A stretch of 64,000 nucleotides of DNA from a virus (taxonomy: Duplodnaviria > Caudoviricetes): IMG/VR virus record IMGVR_UViG_3300024331_000007, positions 128,001 through 192,000 of that record. One strand, 5' to 3'. Positions 48,627-58,449 of this stretch are shown in pieces. The notes beneath the pieces are model-generated. The model was not told where the DNA came from, searched no databases, and saw only the letters and a list, made by a program, of their open reading frames with translations. Position numbers and translations under genes: made by a program. Numbering within the stretch: the first letter of the stretch is position 1; every line of letters starts with the position of its first letter.

Positions 48627-48959
48627 CTATATTCGAAACGGAGGTTGAAATAGCTTACCATAATGTTTCTGAACAACTTGCAACATTTTTTTACGACCAG
48701 ATGGATTTGCGCTGTGAACTTGAACACCATTCACTGGCCAAACATTGTTTTCTTCCATCCAACACAATATATCGTAACCAGTTTTTTCTTCATCAGCATA
48801 ACCCATTGTTTGGGTCATATTCAAATCGTGATCAAGTGACGCAACTTCGACTTCTCCTGTCGCCAGAAGTTCAATTGCCTCTTCGTATGTTTTTACCCAC
48901 ACCGCGCCTATTGCGCCGTGATGAAATGGGTTTCTTTGATCGTCCAGCCACAGAAACAT
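48627..48959 (-). CDS. cyclic-phosphate-processing receiver-like domain protein
   Basis: LWLDDQR.P, WVKTYEE, SLDHDL, TGYD...W, VHSANP.G. Confidence 0.8.
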   Translation of the reverse strand: MFLWLDDQRNPFHHGAIGAVWVKTYEEAIELLATGEVEVASLDHDLNMTQTMGYADEEKTGYDILCWMEENNVWPVNGVQVHSANPSGRKKMLQVVQKHYGKLFQPPFRI

Positions 48960-49112
48960 TTTTCTTCCTCTTCTTTGGTTGAGCTAGTTTTCGAACTTTA
49001 TCACTGCTCAATGCATCCACTAATGATTTACGCATTCCCAACGGTAACGGATCATGTTTGTCGTGGTAGGTCAAATAACTCAATATTGCCGCGTCTGAGA
49101 ACGAAACGGTTA

Positions 49113-49715
49113 TCATTTTTCCACCACTATAACAGGAACGCAATCTCGTCCGCAGCTTTCTGGCGTCTCGTATGTCATAAACCTACCATCATGCTCAGAG
49201 ATTTCTTTGTGATAGTCTCCGAGAATTGCAAACCATTGTCCATTCGACCGCCATACAGTATCATCACCGATTCCATCAAACTCGTAGGTATCGTACAGCA
49301 TTGCATATCCGCTCTTGGAAAACTTAATCATCGCCTTAACTTTTGTATTTTCTGGTAATGTTGCGGCGGTATAATTTGCCGCAATAACTAATTTGGTTCC
49401 ATGTTCCGTCTGTACGAAAGACGTGACTTTATTGTCTTTGTTGATTGGATCGGCGACTACCACAAGTGCCGCATGTTCTTTTGCTCTGCGAAGTTCAATA
49501 GGAATGATTACTAGTGATGCAACAACGATAAAAATTCCAACAGTAATCCAAAGAGTTTTCTTAAACTTTGATCGGGTGTCCCATAATGGATCGCGATCAT
49601 CATGCTGCATTTGCACACCTTGCATACCACCGACTTGCATACCAGTATTCTTCGAACCAATCATTCCATTCGGTACTCCACCCATATGTTTTACCTTTTC
49701 TTTCGTATCCGACAA
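49113..49715 (-). CDS. single-TM membrane protein
   Basis: One TM segment (LWITVGIFIVVASLVIIP). Confidence 0.55.
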   Translation of the reverse strand: MSDTKEKVKHMGGVPNGMIGSKNTGMQVGGMQGVQMQHDDRDPLWDTRSKFKKTLWITVGIFIVVASLVIIPIELRRAKEHAALVVVADPINKDNKVTSFVQTEHGTKLVIAANYTAATLPENTKVKAMIKFSKSGYAMLYDTYEFDGIGDDTVWRSNGQWFAILGDYHKEISEHDGRFMTYETPESCGRDCVPVIVVEK

Positions 49716-49831
49716 AACTTGGTTGTCAGTTTAAATATTTTGGCGTCATAGTTATTGCCAAGTCAATACCCGATTTTAGGGCCAAGAATCAACGCCCCTG
49801 CCACGCAACTATAAGTTGTGACATCTTCCAC

Positions 49832-49860
49832 AGTATAACCAAACATCAAACTATTGTCAA
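49832..49860 (-). promoter_or_regulatory. sigma70-type early promoter
   Basis: TTGACA-N17-TATACT. Confidence 0.7.
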
Positions 49861-49881
49861 GAAATATATCAGTGTATTAGA

Positions 49882-49946
49882 ATAAATAGATGTAGTTCGC
49901 GGATTCGCCGTCCCAACTACCCTATCGTCTCTGGAGACAACAGCTT
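49882..49946 (+). ncRNA. late promoter plus conserved structured leader of GIY-YIG gene (copy 3)
   Basis: ATAAATAGAT-GTAGTT-CGC-GGA/TCC-C-AACTAC-CCTATCG-(GTCT-CTGG-AGAC)-AACAGC-TT-ATG. Confidence 0.8.
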
Positions 49947-50693
49947 ATGCCTATTTACTCTGCAAAATATTCACAACTCAAAGAGTTCTACGTCTACAAA
50001 TATCTTCGTTCGCGAAAATCCAAATTTGGTGAAATCGATAGTCCGTATAATATCGGCAAAGGTAAGGGGAAACGCGCTTTCTCTAAACAGCATACTATAA
50101 AACCACCCAAAGATAAATCAAAAATTCAATTTATCTCGGAAAATATGAATGAGGCCGATGCCTTTCAACTTGAAATGCTACTCATTCATTGGTTTGGCAG
50201 AATCAACAAAGGAACTGGTTCTCTTCGCAATATGACAGAAGGCGGAACTGGTTGTACGGGAACTGTTATTTCCGCCGAAACTAGAAAAATACAATCTCTA
50301 CAACGAGCAAATAAAATGTGGGTCAATGATGGCAATAAACAACTATTGATTCGCCCAAATTTATTCCGTCAATATAAACAAAAAGGTTATAAAAATGGTA
50401 TGTTGAAATCTTCAGTGAAAGAGCTTGTTTGGATGCATGATCCTAAAACAATGAAATCTACAATGGTCAAAATTTCAAATATTTCTTCGTGTATCTCCAA
50501 AGGTTACATTTTAGGTAGACCCTCTCCATCGGAAGAAACAAGAACAAGGATCAGCAAATCTACTAAAGGAAAGCAAATTACACAAACTCACAAAGACAAT
50601 ATAAGAAAATCTAAGCTTGGAAAGAAACGAAGCGCAGAAGCCTGTAAACGAATTAGCGAAGGAATAATCGCAGCCAAGAAACGCAAACTCTAA
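49947..50693 (+). CDS. free-standing GIY-YIG (LEM-3-like) endonuclease
   Basis: FYVYKYLR...PYNIGKGKG.R, GSLRNMTEGG.G, NUMOD-like tail. Confidence 0.85.
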   Translation: MPIYSAKYSQLKEFYVYKYLRSRKSKFGEIDSPYNIGKGKGKRAFSKQHTIKPPKDKSKIQFISENMNEADAFQLEMLLIHWFGRINKGTGSLRNMTEGGTGCTGTVISAETRKIQSLQRANKMWVNDGNKQLLIRPNLFRQYKQKGYKNGMLKSSVKELVWMHDPKTMKSTMVKISNISSCISKGYILGRPSPSEETRTRISKSTKGKQITQTHKDNIRKSKLGKKRSAEACKRISEGIIAAKKRKL

Positions 50694-51352
50694 ATTCCGT
50701 ATTGCTTTTGGGTCATGGTTTTTACTGGTTTTCTAACGGCAATCATTTTTGCTTTATGAAACTGCACATTGACCGTATCCCAGTTTACAACATTCCACCA
50801 AGCAGCAAGATATTCGTCTCTTTTATTCAAATACTGCCAAAGATACGCATGTTCCCATAAATCGATACCAATAATAGGAACGTCGCCATTCGTTAATGGG
50901 CTATCTTGGTTCGGCAACGACACAATTTCCAGCTTGTCTTTCGGATAGATGAGCCAAACCCAACCAGAACCAAATCTCTTTGTGCCAGCCTCGTTAAACT
51001 TTTTCTTGAACTTGTCAAATGTGCCAAAGTCTTTTGTGATTTGTTTGGCAATGTCTCCAGTTGGAGGACCTCCGCCTTTTGGCTTCATGAGATTCCAAAA
51101 CAAGGTATGATTTGCATCTCCGCCGCCTTGATTGCGCACTGCATCCTGAATAGCCTTTGGCATTTTCTTCCAATTGGTTACCAGAATCTCTGGCGAATAC
51201 TTCTGATACTTTGGATAATCCTTTAATGCTTCATTCAGCTTGTCAACATATGCTTGATGATGCTTATCGTGATGCAGCTTCATGATTTCCTCACTGATAT
51301 GAGGTTCAAGAGCGTTGTATGCGTATGAAAGTTCAGGTAGTTTGTATGCCAT
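50690..51352 (-). CDS. sodA: Fe/Mn superoxide dismutase
   Basis: LPELSYAYNALEPHIS, HHDKHH, NHTLFW, FGSGWVWL, DLWEHAY; all four metal ligands present. Confidence 0.95.
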   Translation of the reverse strand: MAYKLPELSYAYNALEPHISEEIMKLHHDKHHQAYVDKLNEALKDYPKYQKYSPEILVTNWKKMPKAIQDAVRNQGGGDANHTLFWNLMKPKGGGPPTGDIAKQITKDFGTFDKFKKKFNEAGTKRFGSGWVWLIYPKDKLEIVSLPNQDSPLTNGDVPIIGIDLWEHAYLWQYLNKRDEYLAAWWNVVNWDTVNVQFHKAKMIAVRKPVKTMTQKQYGI

Positions 51353-51985
51353 ATTATAATCTCGTCTTTTGCAGCGCCTTAATTACAGCCGTCGCCATCT
51401 TCAGGTATTCTTCATATTTCCAAGCTGTCGAAGGGTTTCCCTTCACATTTTTTAAATAACGCCAATCATATTCGCCTTCAACCTTGCACAATGTTTTTGC
51501 AACGGCCTTAATTAATTTTTCATGATCAAACTTTTTAATTGCCATGCTTCACTCCATCAACTGCTTCGCCCAATGCAGTCGTATAAATTCCCGCTGTCAT
51601 TGAGGCATCAACTATATCCTGCTTCAACTTTCCAATTTGTACTGTAAGACCATCGGCGCGTTCAGTCTCTTTTCTGATTTTCTTTTTGCACTCGTAGTGA
51701 ATATACGATTCAAGATTCGCCGCGTCTGTTTCCAAATCTCCGATTCGCTCAACAAGAGCCATGAGAAATTCTGGAGAGATTGGCATTCTCTCAGCGTCTT
51801 TGCTGGCAAGGTCCAAACAATGATTGTACAAACCCTGCAAATCTTCTGGCACGTTCATTATATCCATTCCTGTGAACCGCGATACGAAAATCTATGATTC
51901 ATCAATTCCTGTAAATCTTGATGCGAGTGATAGACGGGCATTGTTCTTGCCCATCTAACTACCATCGCAATTAGTAATCTTTGCA

Positions 51986-52549
51986 TTAATAAAATTCCAC
52001 CACTTGATCGGCAAGTCCGTACTTTACGGCTTCCTTTGCCGTCAACCAAACATCTTGCGGTGGAAGCAAATACTTTTTTATCTGTGGTTCTGTTAGACCT
52101 GTGCAAAGTTTGATATGAGTCATTACGCGCTGCGTTGCATTATTGAACTCAGTAACCTTGGCCATCAGTTCATGTTCTTTACCGTGCGATCCCCACGAAA
52201 ACTGGTGTGACAGAATCGCAGTGTTTCTTGTGATGAACCGCTTTCCCTTAGTTCCAGCGATGAACGCGAACAATCCAGCACTGCTAATTTGTCCCAATCC
52301 ATATGTACAGATCGGAACGCGGCTTCCTTTCATAGTATCAATTAATGCGAAACAGCTTGGCATTTCTCCACCCGCTGAATTGAAAATCATCTTCATCATT
52401 TTCGGCGGTGTGTCCATAAGATTGCGTTGAAGGATAAACGTTATCGCCTCGCCAGTTGAGCTAGGGTCAAAATCCTTGTTGAAAAGAAAATAGTGGTGAT
52501 CTTCTAATGTTGGGATGTTTGGAACTTTAACATCTTCTTGTAGGCCCAA
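51986..52549 (-). CDS. clpP: ClpP-family protease subunit
   Basis: FNSAGG, GQISSAG (catalytic Ser), SHQ (His), D.WLTAKEAVKYGLADQV. Confidence 0.85.
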   Translation of the reverse strand: MGLQEDVKVPNIPTLEDHHYFLFNKDFDPSSTGEAITFILQRNLMDTPPKMMKMIFNSAGGEMPSCFALIDTMKGSRVPICTYGLGQISSAGLFAFIAGTKGKRFITRNTAILSHQFSWGSHGKEHELMAKVTEFNNATQRVMTHIKLCTGLTEPQIKKYLLPPQDVWLTAKEAVKYGLADQVVEFY

Positions 52550-52572
52550 TGTATTCTCCGTTTAGCTGAAAT

Positions 52573-52594
52573 GGCTGAGGGTTTGCCCTCAGCC
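52573..52594. terminator. terminator-like hairpin
   Basis: GGCTGAGGG-TTTG-CCCTCAGCC. Confidence 0.55.
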
Positions 52595-52600
52595 TCAAAG

Positions 52601-53140
52601 TTACTTCTTTGCTGCTGGTGCTGAAACATTTGACGCTGCCGTGGCCTTCTTCATTGCCTTCACTTCATCTGGCGTAAGCTTAATCCACTGCTTTGAAGAA
52701 GCACTGTACACAACATCGTCTCCCCACTTATTTGCATCCTTAACTTTTTGAATTGCTTTTTGAATCTTCTCTTGGTCCTTATCCCATTCTGGCCCGTATT
52801 TTGCATTCAATTTGTTTTGAAGTTCTTTCAACTCATCCTGATATCTTGCGGAGAGGAGATTTAAATCACCGAGTACAGAAACAACCTCTGAATCACCGGG
52901 AATGGTCGAATCCCCCAATGAAATTTCCTTTGGCGTCAACACTTCGCCTTTTGGTCCTTCGACTGTCTTGACTGGTATTTGTTTTATGGTGGCATCAACC
53001 GCAGTATTATCAGACGAAGAATGCAATGCATCCTTTGTTTCGGATGATTTTGGTGTGGTCTGCGCTGCGAGAAATGAAGAAAATAACACCAATAGTAAAA
53101 TTGTAAATGAACGATGCATGGATTCTCCTAATATAAACAA
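52601..53140 (-). CDS. exported hypothetical protein
   Basis: Signal-peptide-like MHRSFTILLLVLFSSFLAAQ. Confidence 0.55.
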   Translation of the reverse strand: MFILGESMHRSFTILLLVLFSSFLAAQTTPKSSETKDALHSSSDNTAVDATIKQIPVKTVEGPKGEVLTPKEISLGDSTIPGDSEVVSVLGDLNLLSARYQDELKELQNKLNAKYGPEWDKDQEKIQKAIQKVKDANKWGDDVVYSASSKQWIKLTPDEVKAMKKATAASNVSAPAAKK

Positions 53141-53152
53141 CTATATCTCTTC

Positions 53153-53182
53153 ATTATAAGTTCAACGCAAAGAAAGAGTCAA
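53153..53182 (-). promoter_or_regulatory. sigma70-type early promoter
   Basis: TTGACT-N18-TATAAT. Confidence 0.65.
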
Positions 53183-53183
53183 G

Positions 53184-53603
53184 TTAAAGTTTTATCTCAG
53201 TCGGCATTCCTCTTTCATCAAAGAAACGAACCCGACGAACTCCATATTCCCTTACCAAATTCATGCACTTCTCGCAAGGACGCGAACACCCATATTTAAC
53301 AATCGTTTGCTGTGCATTTGTGGTGGTACGGCTAACGTACAAAATAAGATTCTTCGACTTCTCATAGTGCCAACGACGAACTAGACACATTACTTCAGCA
53401 TGAACATTTCCGTTGTAAGTATCATACTGTGCATGTTTAGAAGTACGAGTCCAATCATTAAACCCAATAGCAAGCAAATTTGAACCAGCGTACAGAGAAG
53501 CCCCGAGTTTTTGACCAACAGCCGATCCAGTGCTATGCATAGATGCGGCAGTAGCAGTATCAAATCCCCTTTTCCAACTTTTGCTGATTTTCATTTTATC
53601 CAT
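53184..53603 (-). CDS. cytidine/deoxycytidylate deaminase-like zinc protein
   Basis: HAE...SRPCEKC motifs. Confidence 0.8.
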   Translation of the reverse strand: MDKMKISKSWKRGFDTATAASMHSTGSAVGQKLGASLYAGSNLLAIGFNDWTRTSKHAQYDTYNGNVHAEVMCLVRRWHYEKSKNLILYVSRTTTNAQQTIVKYGCSRPCEKCMNLVREYGVRRVRFFDERGMPTEIKL

Positions 53604-53621
53604 GATTTCCTACTTTCAGTG

Positions 53622-53692
53622 ATAAATAGTTATGCAGTTCGCGAGTCTCGTGAACTCCAACTGCCCTAACGCCATTTCGAGACAATCAGCAT
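53622..53692 (+). ncRNA. late promoter plus conserved structured leader of GIY-YIG gene (copy 4)
   Basis: ATAAATAGTTAT-GCAGTT-CGC-GAGT/ACTC-C-AACTGC-CCTAACG...GAGACAATCAGC-AT-ATG. Confidence 0.8.
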
Positions 53693-54421
53693 ATGAATAT
53701 TTATTATGTATACGCATATCTAAGAGAGAATTCTTCTGTCAATGGTCCAGCAGGATCACCATATTATATTGGCAAAGGAAAAAGAAATAGAGCATATCAA
53801 GATCATTTTGATTGCGCTGCCAATAAACCCAAAAATAAAAATTTCATCCTTAAAATTTTTGACCATTGTTCCAACGACGAAGCGAAGTTTTTAGAAACAG
53901 GGTTGATTAAAATATTTGGTCGTATTGATTTGAAAACCGGATGCCTGCGAAATCTGACACATGGCGGAGACGGTTCTTCTGGGTACAAACATACTGCTGC
54001 AACAAAAACAAAACTTAGAAAGAATGCTATAAGTAGGCAATACTCAATCAAAACTCGACAACTAATGTCTGGGGCTCACAAAGGATCAAAAAATCACAAT
54101 TTTCAAAAATGCATCCCTGAAGAATTAATAAGAAAACGAGTAGAAACAAGAAGAAAAAATAATAATTACGAAGCATCGGATAAAACCAAATTTAGAATCT
54201 CACAATCGTTGATGGGAAGCAAAAATCCCATGTTTGGAACAATAAAACCAAAAGGCTCCGAAAGCCCTTATGCAAAAGCAATTAAATGTACGGAAACAAA
54301 TCAAATTTTTGGTTCTATAACCGATGCTGGTAAAATATTAGAAATACCCCGATCAGACATAAGCAATGTTCTTACTGGTCATCAAAAATCAACCAAGGGA
54401 TTACATTTTGAATTCATCTAA
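53693..54421 (+). CDS. free-standing GIY-YIG (LEM-3-like) endonuclease with NUMOD3 and C-terminal HTH
   Basis: YYVYAYLR...PYYIGKGK..R, GCLRNLTHGGDG, GSKNPMFG, C.ETNQIFGS...I..VL.G.QKSTKG. Confidence 0.85.
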   Translation: MNIYYVYAYLRENSSVNGPAGSPYYIGKGKRNRAYQDHFDCAANKPKNKNFILKIFDHCSNDEAKFLETGLIKIFGRIDLKTGCLRNLTHGGDGSSGYKHTAATKTKLRKNAISRQYSIKTRQLMSGAHKGSKNHNFQKCIPEELIRKRVETRRKNNNYEASDKTKFRISQSLMGSKNPMFGTIKPKGSESPYAKAIKCTETNQIFGSITDAGKILEIPRSDISNVLTGHQKSTKGLHFEFI

Positions 54422-54885
54422 TAAAGATTTAGGTGGCCCAGAGCCGAATCCAATTTTTCTTTTGTAACTGGCCCCACGGCTGTTATTGTATGTACTCGAT
54501 CTTTCGTTCCATAAAATTGCTCATTTGTGTCATGAAACTCACCATAAACAATGTTTGTGTCATCAGAAATCAAATCTTGAATTTCATTGGAAACCTTCCG
54601 AAGTTCTTTTGAGTTGCGAACAGCAAGAACAATCGCCGTCATTTCACGATATTCAACATTTGAATTTGCAAACATTCGTTCAGTAAATCGTCCTATATGA
54701 TAACCTTGCGCTATCAGCCTTCCGTGAACCATCGGAAAAGACTCAACAGTATCTTCAAATAATTCTGGATGATAGCAATCCTCTGGAATATTGAATTCTG
54801 TTGGCGGCTCAATACCCTTATGCAAAAGTTGTACAGTTTGTGGGACAATCACATAAATTCTCTCGTCAAGCATAAACCCTCTCAA
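54418..54885 (-). CDS. peptidyl-tRNA hydrolase type 2 (Pth2)-like protein
   Basis: RIYVIV, GRLIAQGYH, IVLAV.N..EL, HD, T.TAVGP....LD..LGHLNLY follow the Pth2 pattern. Confidence 0.6.
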   Translation of the reverse strand: MRGFMLDERIYVIVPQTVQLLHKGIEPPTEFNIPEDCYHPELFEDTVESFPMVHGRLIAQGYHIGRFTERMFANSNVEYREMTAIVLAVRNSKELRKVSNEIQDLISDDTNIVYGEFHDTNEQFYGTKDRVHTITAVGPVTKEKLDSALGHLNLY

Positions 54886-55929
54886 TTCTCAAGTCTGCAA
54901 AGCAGCATTTCTTCTTTTGACCCTGTAGTCAGTGTATAGGAAGGAACATACAACTTTTTGTTTACGCCTTGTATTTCAAATAATATCCTATCCGCATGAA
55001 TGACTACATTTTTAATGGTTACGACATATCTCTCTTTTGTGACATCGGCAATTCCATGAGGATAGTAAAATAGAGTTAGCCCAATCAAAAATGTATACAT
55101 TCAATTCTCCAAAGTTGCAAGCATCGCCTCTTCATTTGTGGCGTGTTCCAAATACCAACTCTTAACCCATTTCGTATCGCCGTCAAAGAACGTTATTTCA
55201 AAATCAGCGTCAGTTGGGCAGTCTTCGGTGATTTTTGCCATGTAACGTTTGGATGTATCGTCTCTATGATACCAAACATAGTCGCCAATTTCGAATCCCC
55301 ATCCATCCGACATTTAACTCTCCAGTTCCAACTTGTAAAGGAACAGTCTTTCCTGTGATGCATATTCCAATTGCCACGGCGGAACCCATCTCCATCTCTG
55401 TATCCCAAACACAATCTTGACTTCAGTTGGTTCAATCTCCACAATCTTTGCTGGTATAATTGTTGGCGGAATCGTTTTGGGATAGCCGCCTTCTCGAAAT
55501 TCGAACAGAACATCGTCTCCAACCTTTATCTCATGTCCATTTTTATCCAGCATAAATAGTCTCCGTGAACACTTCGTCAAAATTCGCGTTTGCGGTTGGA
55601 ATCGTTGCTTTGGGTGTTTTTGCTATCGCCGTTCATGTTTCTCAACTCGTCCCACGAAACGCATATTACAACCCGCCCAAATTTAAAGGTAACACTGCGT
55701 TTGTTTAACTTTCCAACTTGTACAGCATCAACTCACCTTTTGTCGGTGTCTGAATCTGGTCTGAATATACGGTCATGTAATCGGAACCTTCCCAACGAGG
55801 GTTTATCTGTACTGTGACCATGTTATAACTTATGTCTTTGTCCAGAACTTTCATCATGTGGCGAGAATCTGGTTTGAGTACAAAATACTCATCCAACGAA
55901 TATACCCAAACCAAATCTCCGTTTCTCAT
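54882..55929 (-). other. run of small SH3-like ORFs sharing the C-terminal ..L..LE(N/S) helix (54882-55100, 55101-55313, 55314-55580, 55705-55929)
   Basis: GD.V beta-barrel starts; tails MLLCRLEN, MLATLEN, LFLYKLELES, LMLYKLES. Confidence 0.7.
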
Positions 55930-56132
55930 TAGCTCACCTTAGCGACTAGTCCATTTATCATTGTCACTTCCGCATACCACTTGCGATTGGTATAAGCACA
56001 CGGTCCTACGACACAAAACTTGCCGTTCGGCGTATACTCAGGCTTAAACATCGTTGTCTCGACATAATTCAAAGGCTTGCCGACTGCCGCTTTCAAATCA
56101 TTCTTTGTTTTATATCCCGATACTCCCATCAT
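55929..56132 (-). CDS. conserved phage hypothetical protein
   Basis: GYKTK.DLKAAVGKPL.Y.ET.MF.PEY...VVGP...RKWYA.V. Confidence 0.65.
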   Translation of the reverse strand: MMGVSGYKTKNDLKAAVGKPLNYVETTMFKPEYTPNGKFCVVGPCAYTNRKWYAEVTMINGLVAKVS

Positions 56133-56622
56133 ATCGTTTCCTCTTTCTTCCGATCAAAAGTCCCATACATGAAAACTAAAATTGCCAACAGGAGATAGTA
56201 GATGGCCGATTGTTTATCTCCAGCATCGAAAAAATGACCTGAATAGATAACCAAACCAGCACTGGAGATTTGAAATACAAATGCTAATGTTTCCAGAATT
56301 GCTTTTTTAAACATGATGCCTCATTTCTCAAAAGTTTTCAGAACATCGATTGAAGTCTTAGCCTTCGTTAAAAAGTCAGCTTTCTTTTCATCCGTTCCAG
56401 ACGCAAGAAATAACGCCAATTCCAACACTCGGATATATTTTGCGTTTGCGCTTATCTCTCGCTGAAAATATTCAGCCTGTCCTGCACTACTTGCGGCCCT
56501 TTCCTTGAAATGCTCTAGCTCTCGCATCACCTCATGAAGCTGACGCATTGCACGTTCATATTCTATGCGTACATCGTCTCTTCCGTAATAACCTCTATCC
56601 ATCCCGTCAAGTCCGATTGGCA

Positions 56623-57327
56623 TTAGTTCTCCAGCTTGGACACCATTGCATTACTTGTGTACATCTCAATGTTGTACTTGAAACGCCTCTTGGCGTCATA
56701 AATGTCCATTGCAATTTGAACGGCATTCCATGCCGCATCGATTGCATAATTCTCGTGACGATCCTGAGTCCAGCCGATAAACTCCGCAGGAAGGTCCATG
56801 TCGATATAGCGTCGTCTACCTGCCTTGTTCTCGTAAAGCCACTTTCTCAGTTTACGCGCATAAACATATCGCGTCAATCCGTCGCGATTGTACTCAGTCA
56901 ACAGAAAATCCATAATCGCGGTTGGCGAACCATTCATCTCTGGCGTGATTTCTTGCCACCGTCTATCATACTGCTTTGTTCTGACGGACGACACGCGGCT
57001 AAACTCACGCGAAAAATATGCCTTCTTTTTTCCTGCCTTGTATACAACTTTGGAAGCAAACTCAAGCATCGTATCTTCAGGTTCATGCGGCAACTTGTAT
57101 TTCAAGCAATCAATTAATTCGTCATTGCCCATCATTTCCTTTGCGAGAGAAACTAGATATTCTCCCACAAGATGCGTCGGCAAAGGTTGAGGATAAACCC
57201 ACGATCCATCAAGCCGCGCCGTCTGATAGAGGAAAAACGGAGCAATAGGACCGTTGTCATATTTCGTGCTGTCAAAAATGAATGTGTATTTCTCAGGATT
57301 GATCGTGGAACGAAAATTGTGAACCAT
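56623..57327 (-). CDS. hypothetical protein
   Basis: 234 aa ORF; ends MVSKLEN. Confidence 0.6.
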   Translation of the reverse strand: MVHNFRSTINPEKYTFIFDSTKYDNGPIAPFFLYQTARLDGSWVYPQPLPTHLVGEYLVSLAKEMMGNDELIDCLKYKLPHEPEDTMLEFASKVVYKAGKKKAYFSREFSRVSSVRTKQYDRRWQEITPEMNGSPTAIMDFLLTEYNRDGLTRYVYARKLRKWLYENKAGRRRYIDMDLPAEFIGWTQDRHENYAIDAAWNAVQIAMDIYDAKRRFKYNIEMYTSNAMVSKLEN

Positions 57328-57361
57328 TTTATCCCTTCTTTGGTCATTTCTGTTTATCTGT

Positions 57362-57369
57362 GCTAAATA
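57362..57369 (+). promoter_or_regulatory. T4-type late promoter
   Basis: GCTAAATA 32 nt before the endonuclease start; no structured leader copy here. Confidence 0.55.
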
Positions 57370-57400
57370 CCAATAAGCAATTTACTTCGGAGATAACGAA

Positions 57401-58150
57401 ATGATTACTGCATATGTTTATCAGCATACCAACAAAATCACTGGAGAATTTTACATCGGCTATCGTTGCGCAAATGTTTTCAAAAACATACCACCTGAAA
57501 TTGATCTTCCAAAATACATTTGTTCCTCGCCCTCCATAAAATCATCAATTAAAAAGAATCCCGAAAATTGGATGAGGCAAATTCTTTCTTGCTGGTTTGA
57601 TTCCAACGATGCCTATGAATCGGAACAAAAATTGATCCATAATAACTGGCATAATCCTCTTTTGCTAAATCAACAATATCAACTCAATGGAACAAAACAT
57701 TTCAAAGCGCCTAAAGTATTCAGTCAAAAACATCGTGAAAAAATCAGTAAAGGACTGACTGGCCGAGTTCGTTCTAAAGAACATTGTTCTGCGATTAGCA
57801 ATTCCTTGATGGGCAGAACATTATCTTTACAAAGCATTCAAAAACGCAGCGCAAAAATCACCGGGCAAAAACGAACACCTGAACAATGTTCAAATATTTC
57901 TCAATCCCTTATCGGTCATCTTACTTCTGAATCAACACGAGAAAAAATATCTATTGCAAATTCTGGAAAACAGCATCCAAAAGGATTTGATAGTCCGTGC
58001 TCAAAACCATTTCGTTGCATTGAAACCAATCAACTTTTTGGCTCACAGCCACAGGCAGCAGAACTTCTCAATCTAAAACAATCGGACATAAACAATGTTC
58101 TGAAAGGTCGCCAAAAATCTACTAAAGGATTTCATTTTGAGTTTGTGTGA
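57401..58150 (+). CDS. free-standing GIY-YIG endonuclease with NUMOD3 repeats and C-terminal HTH
   Basis: AYVY...FYIGYR...IDLPKY (like 4257-4988); C-terminus like 53693-54421. Confidence 0.85.
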   Translation: MITAYVYQHTNKITGEFYIGYRCANVFKNIPPEIDLPKYICSSPSIKSSIKKNPENWMRQILSCWFDSNDAYESEQKLIHNNWHNPLLLNQQYQLNGTKHFKAPKVFSQKHREKISKGLTGRVRSKEHCSAISNSLMGRTLSLQSIQKRSAKITGQKRTPEQCSNISQSLIGHLTSESTREKISIANSGKQHPKGFDSPCSKPFRCIETNQLFGSQPQAAELLNLKQSDINNVLKGRQKSTKGFHFEFV

Positions 58151-58370
58151 GTTCATCCACTCCACACCAATCTTCCAAAGCACTTTTCCAAGCAAGTTTG
58201 GGTGTGGAAAGAATTTTAGAAATACCTATTGAACATCCATCGCCAGTTGGCAGCGCGATTTGATACGCTTTCTTTTCACACAGAGAAAAACAATATGCTT
58301 TTGGAAATATGCCTAAAACTTGCTGTCTGAAAGTTTGTTTAGTCATTCGTTTCCTCTCACCAACAAATAT

Positions 58371-58399
58371 AGTATACCAAACATTGGGATTAAAGTCAA
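58371..58399 (-). promoter_or_regulatory. sigma70-type early promoter
   Basis: TTGACT-N17-TATACT. Confidence 0.75.
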
Positions 58400-58449
58400 G
58401 AACTTTAACCCCTTTGTTTAGTTATGGTTGAGAGCCGATTTCCACAGGA

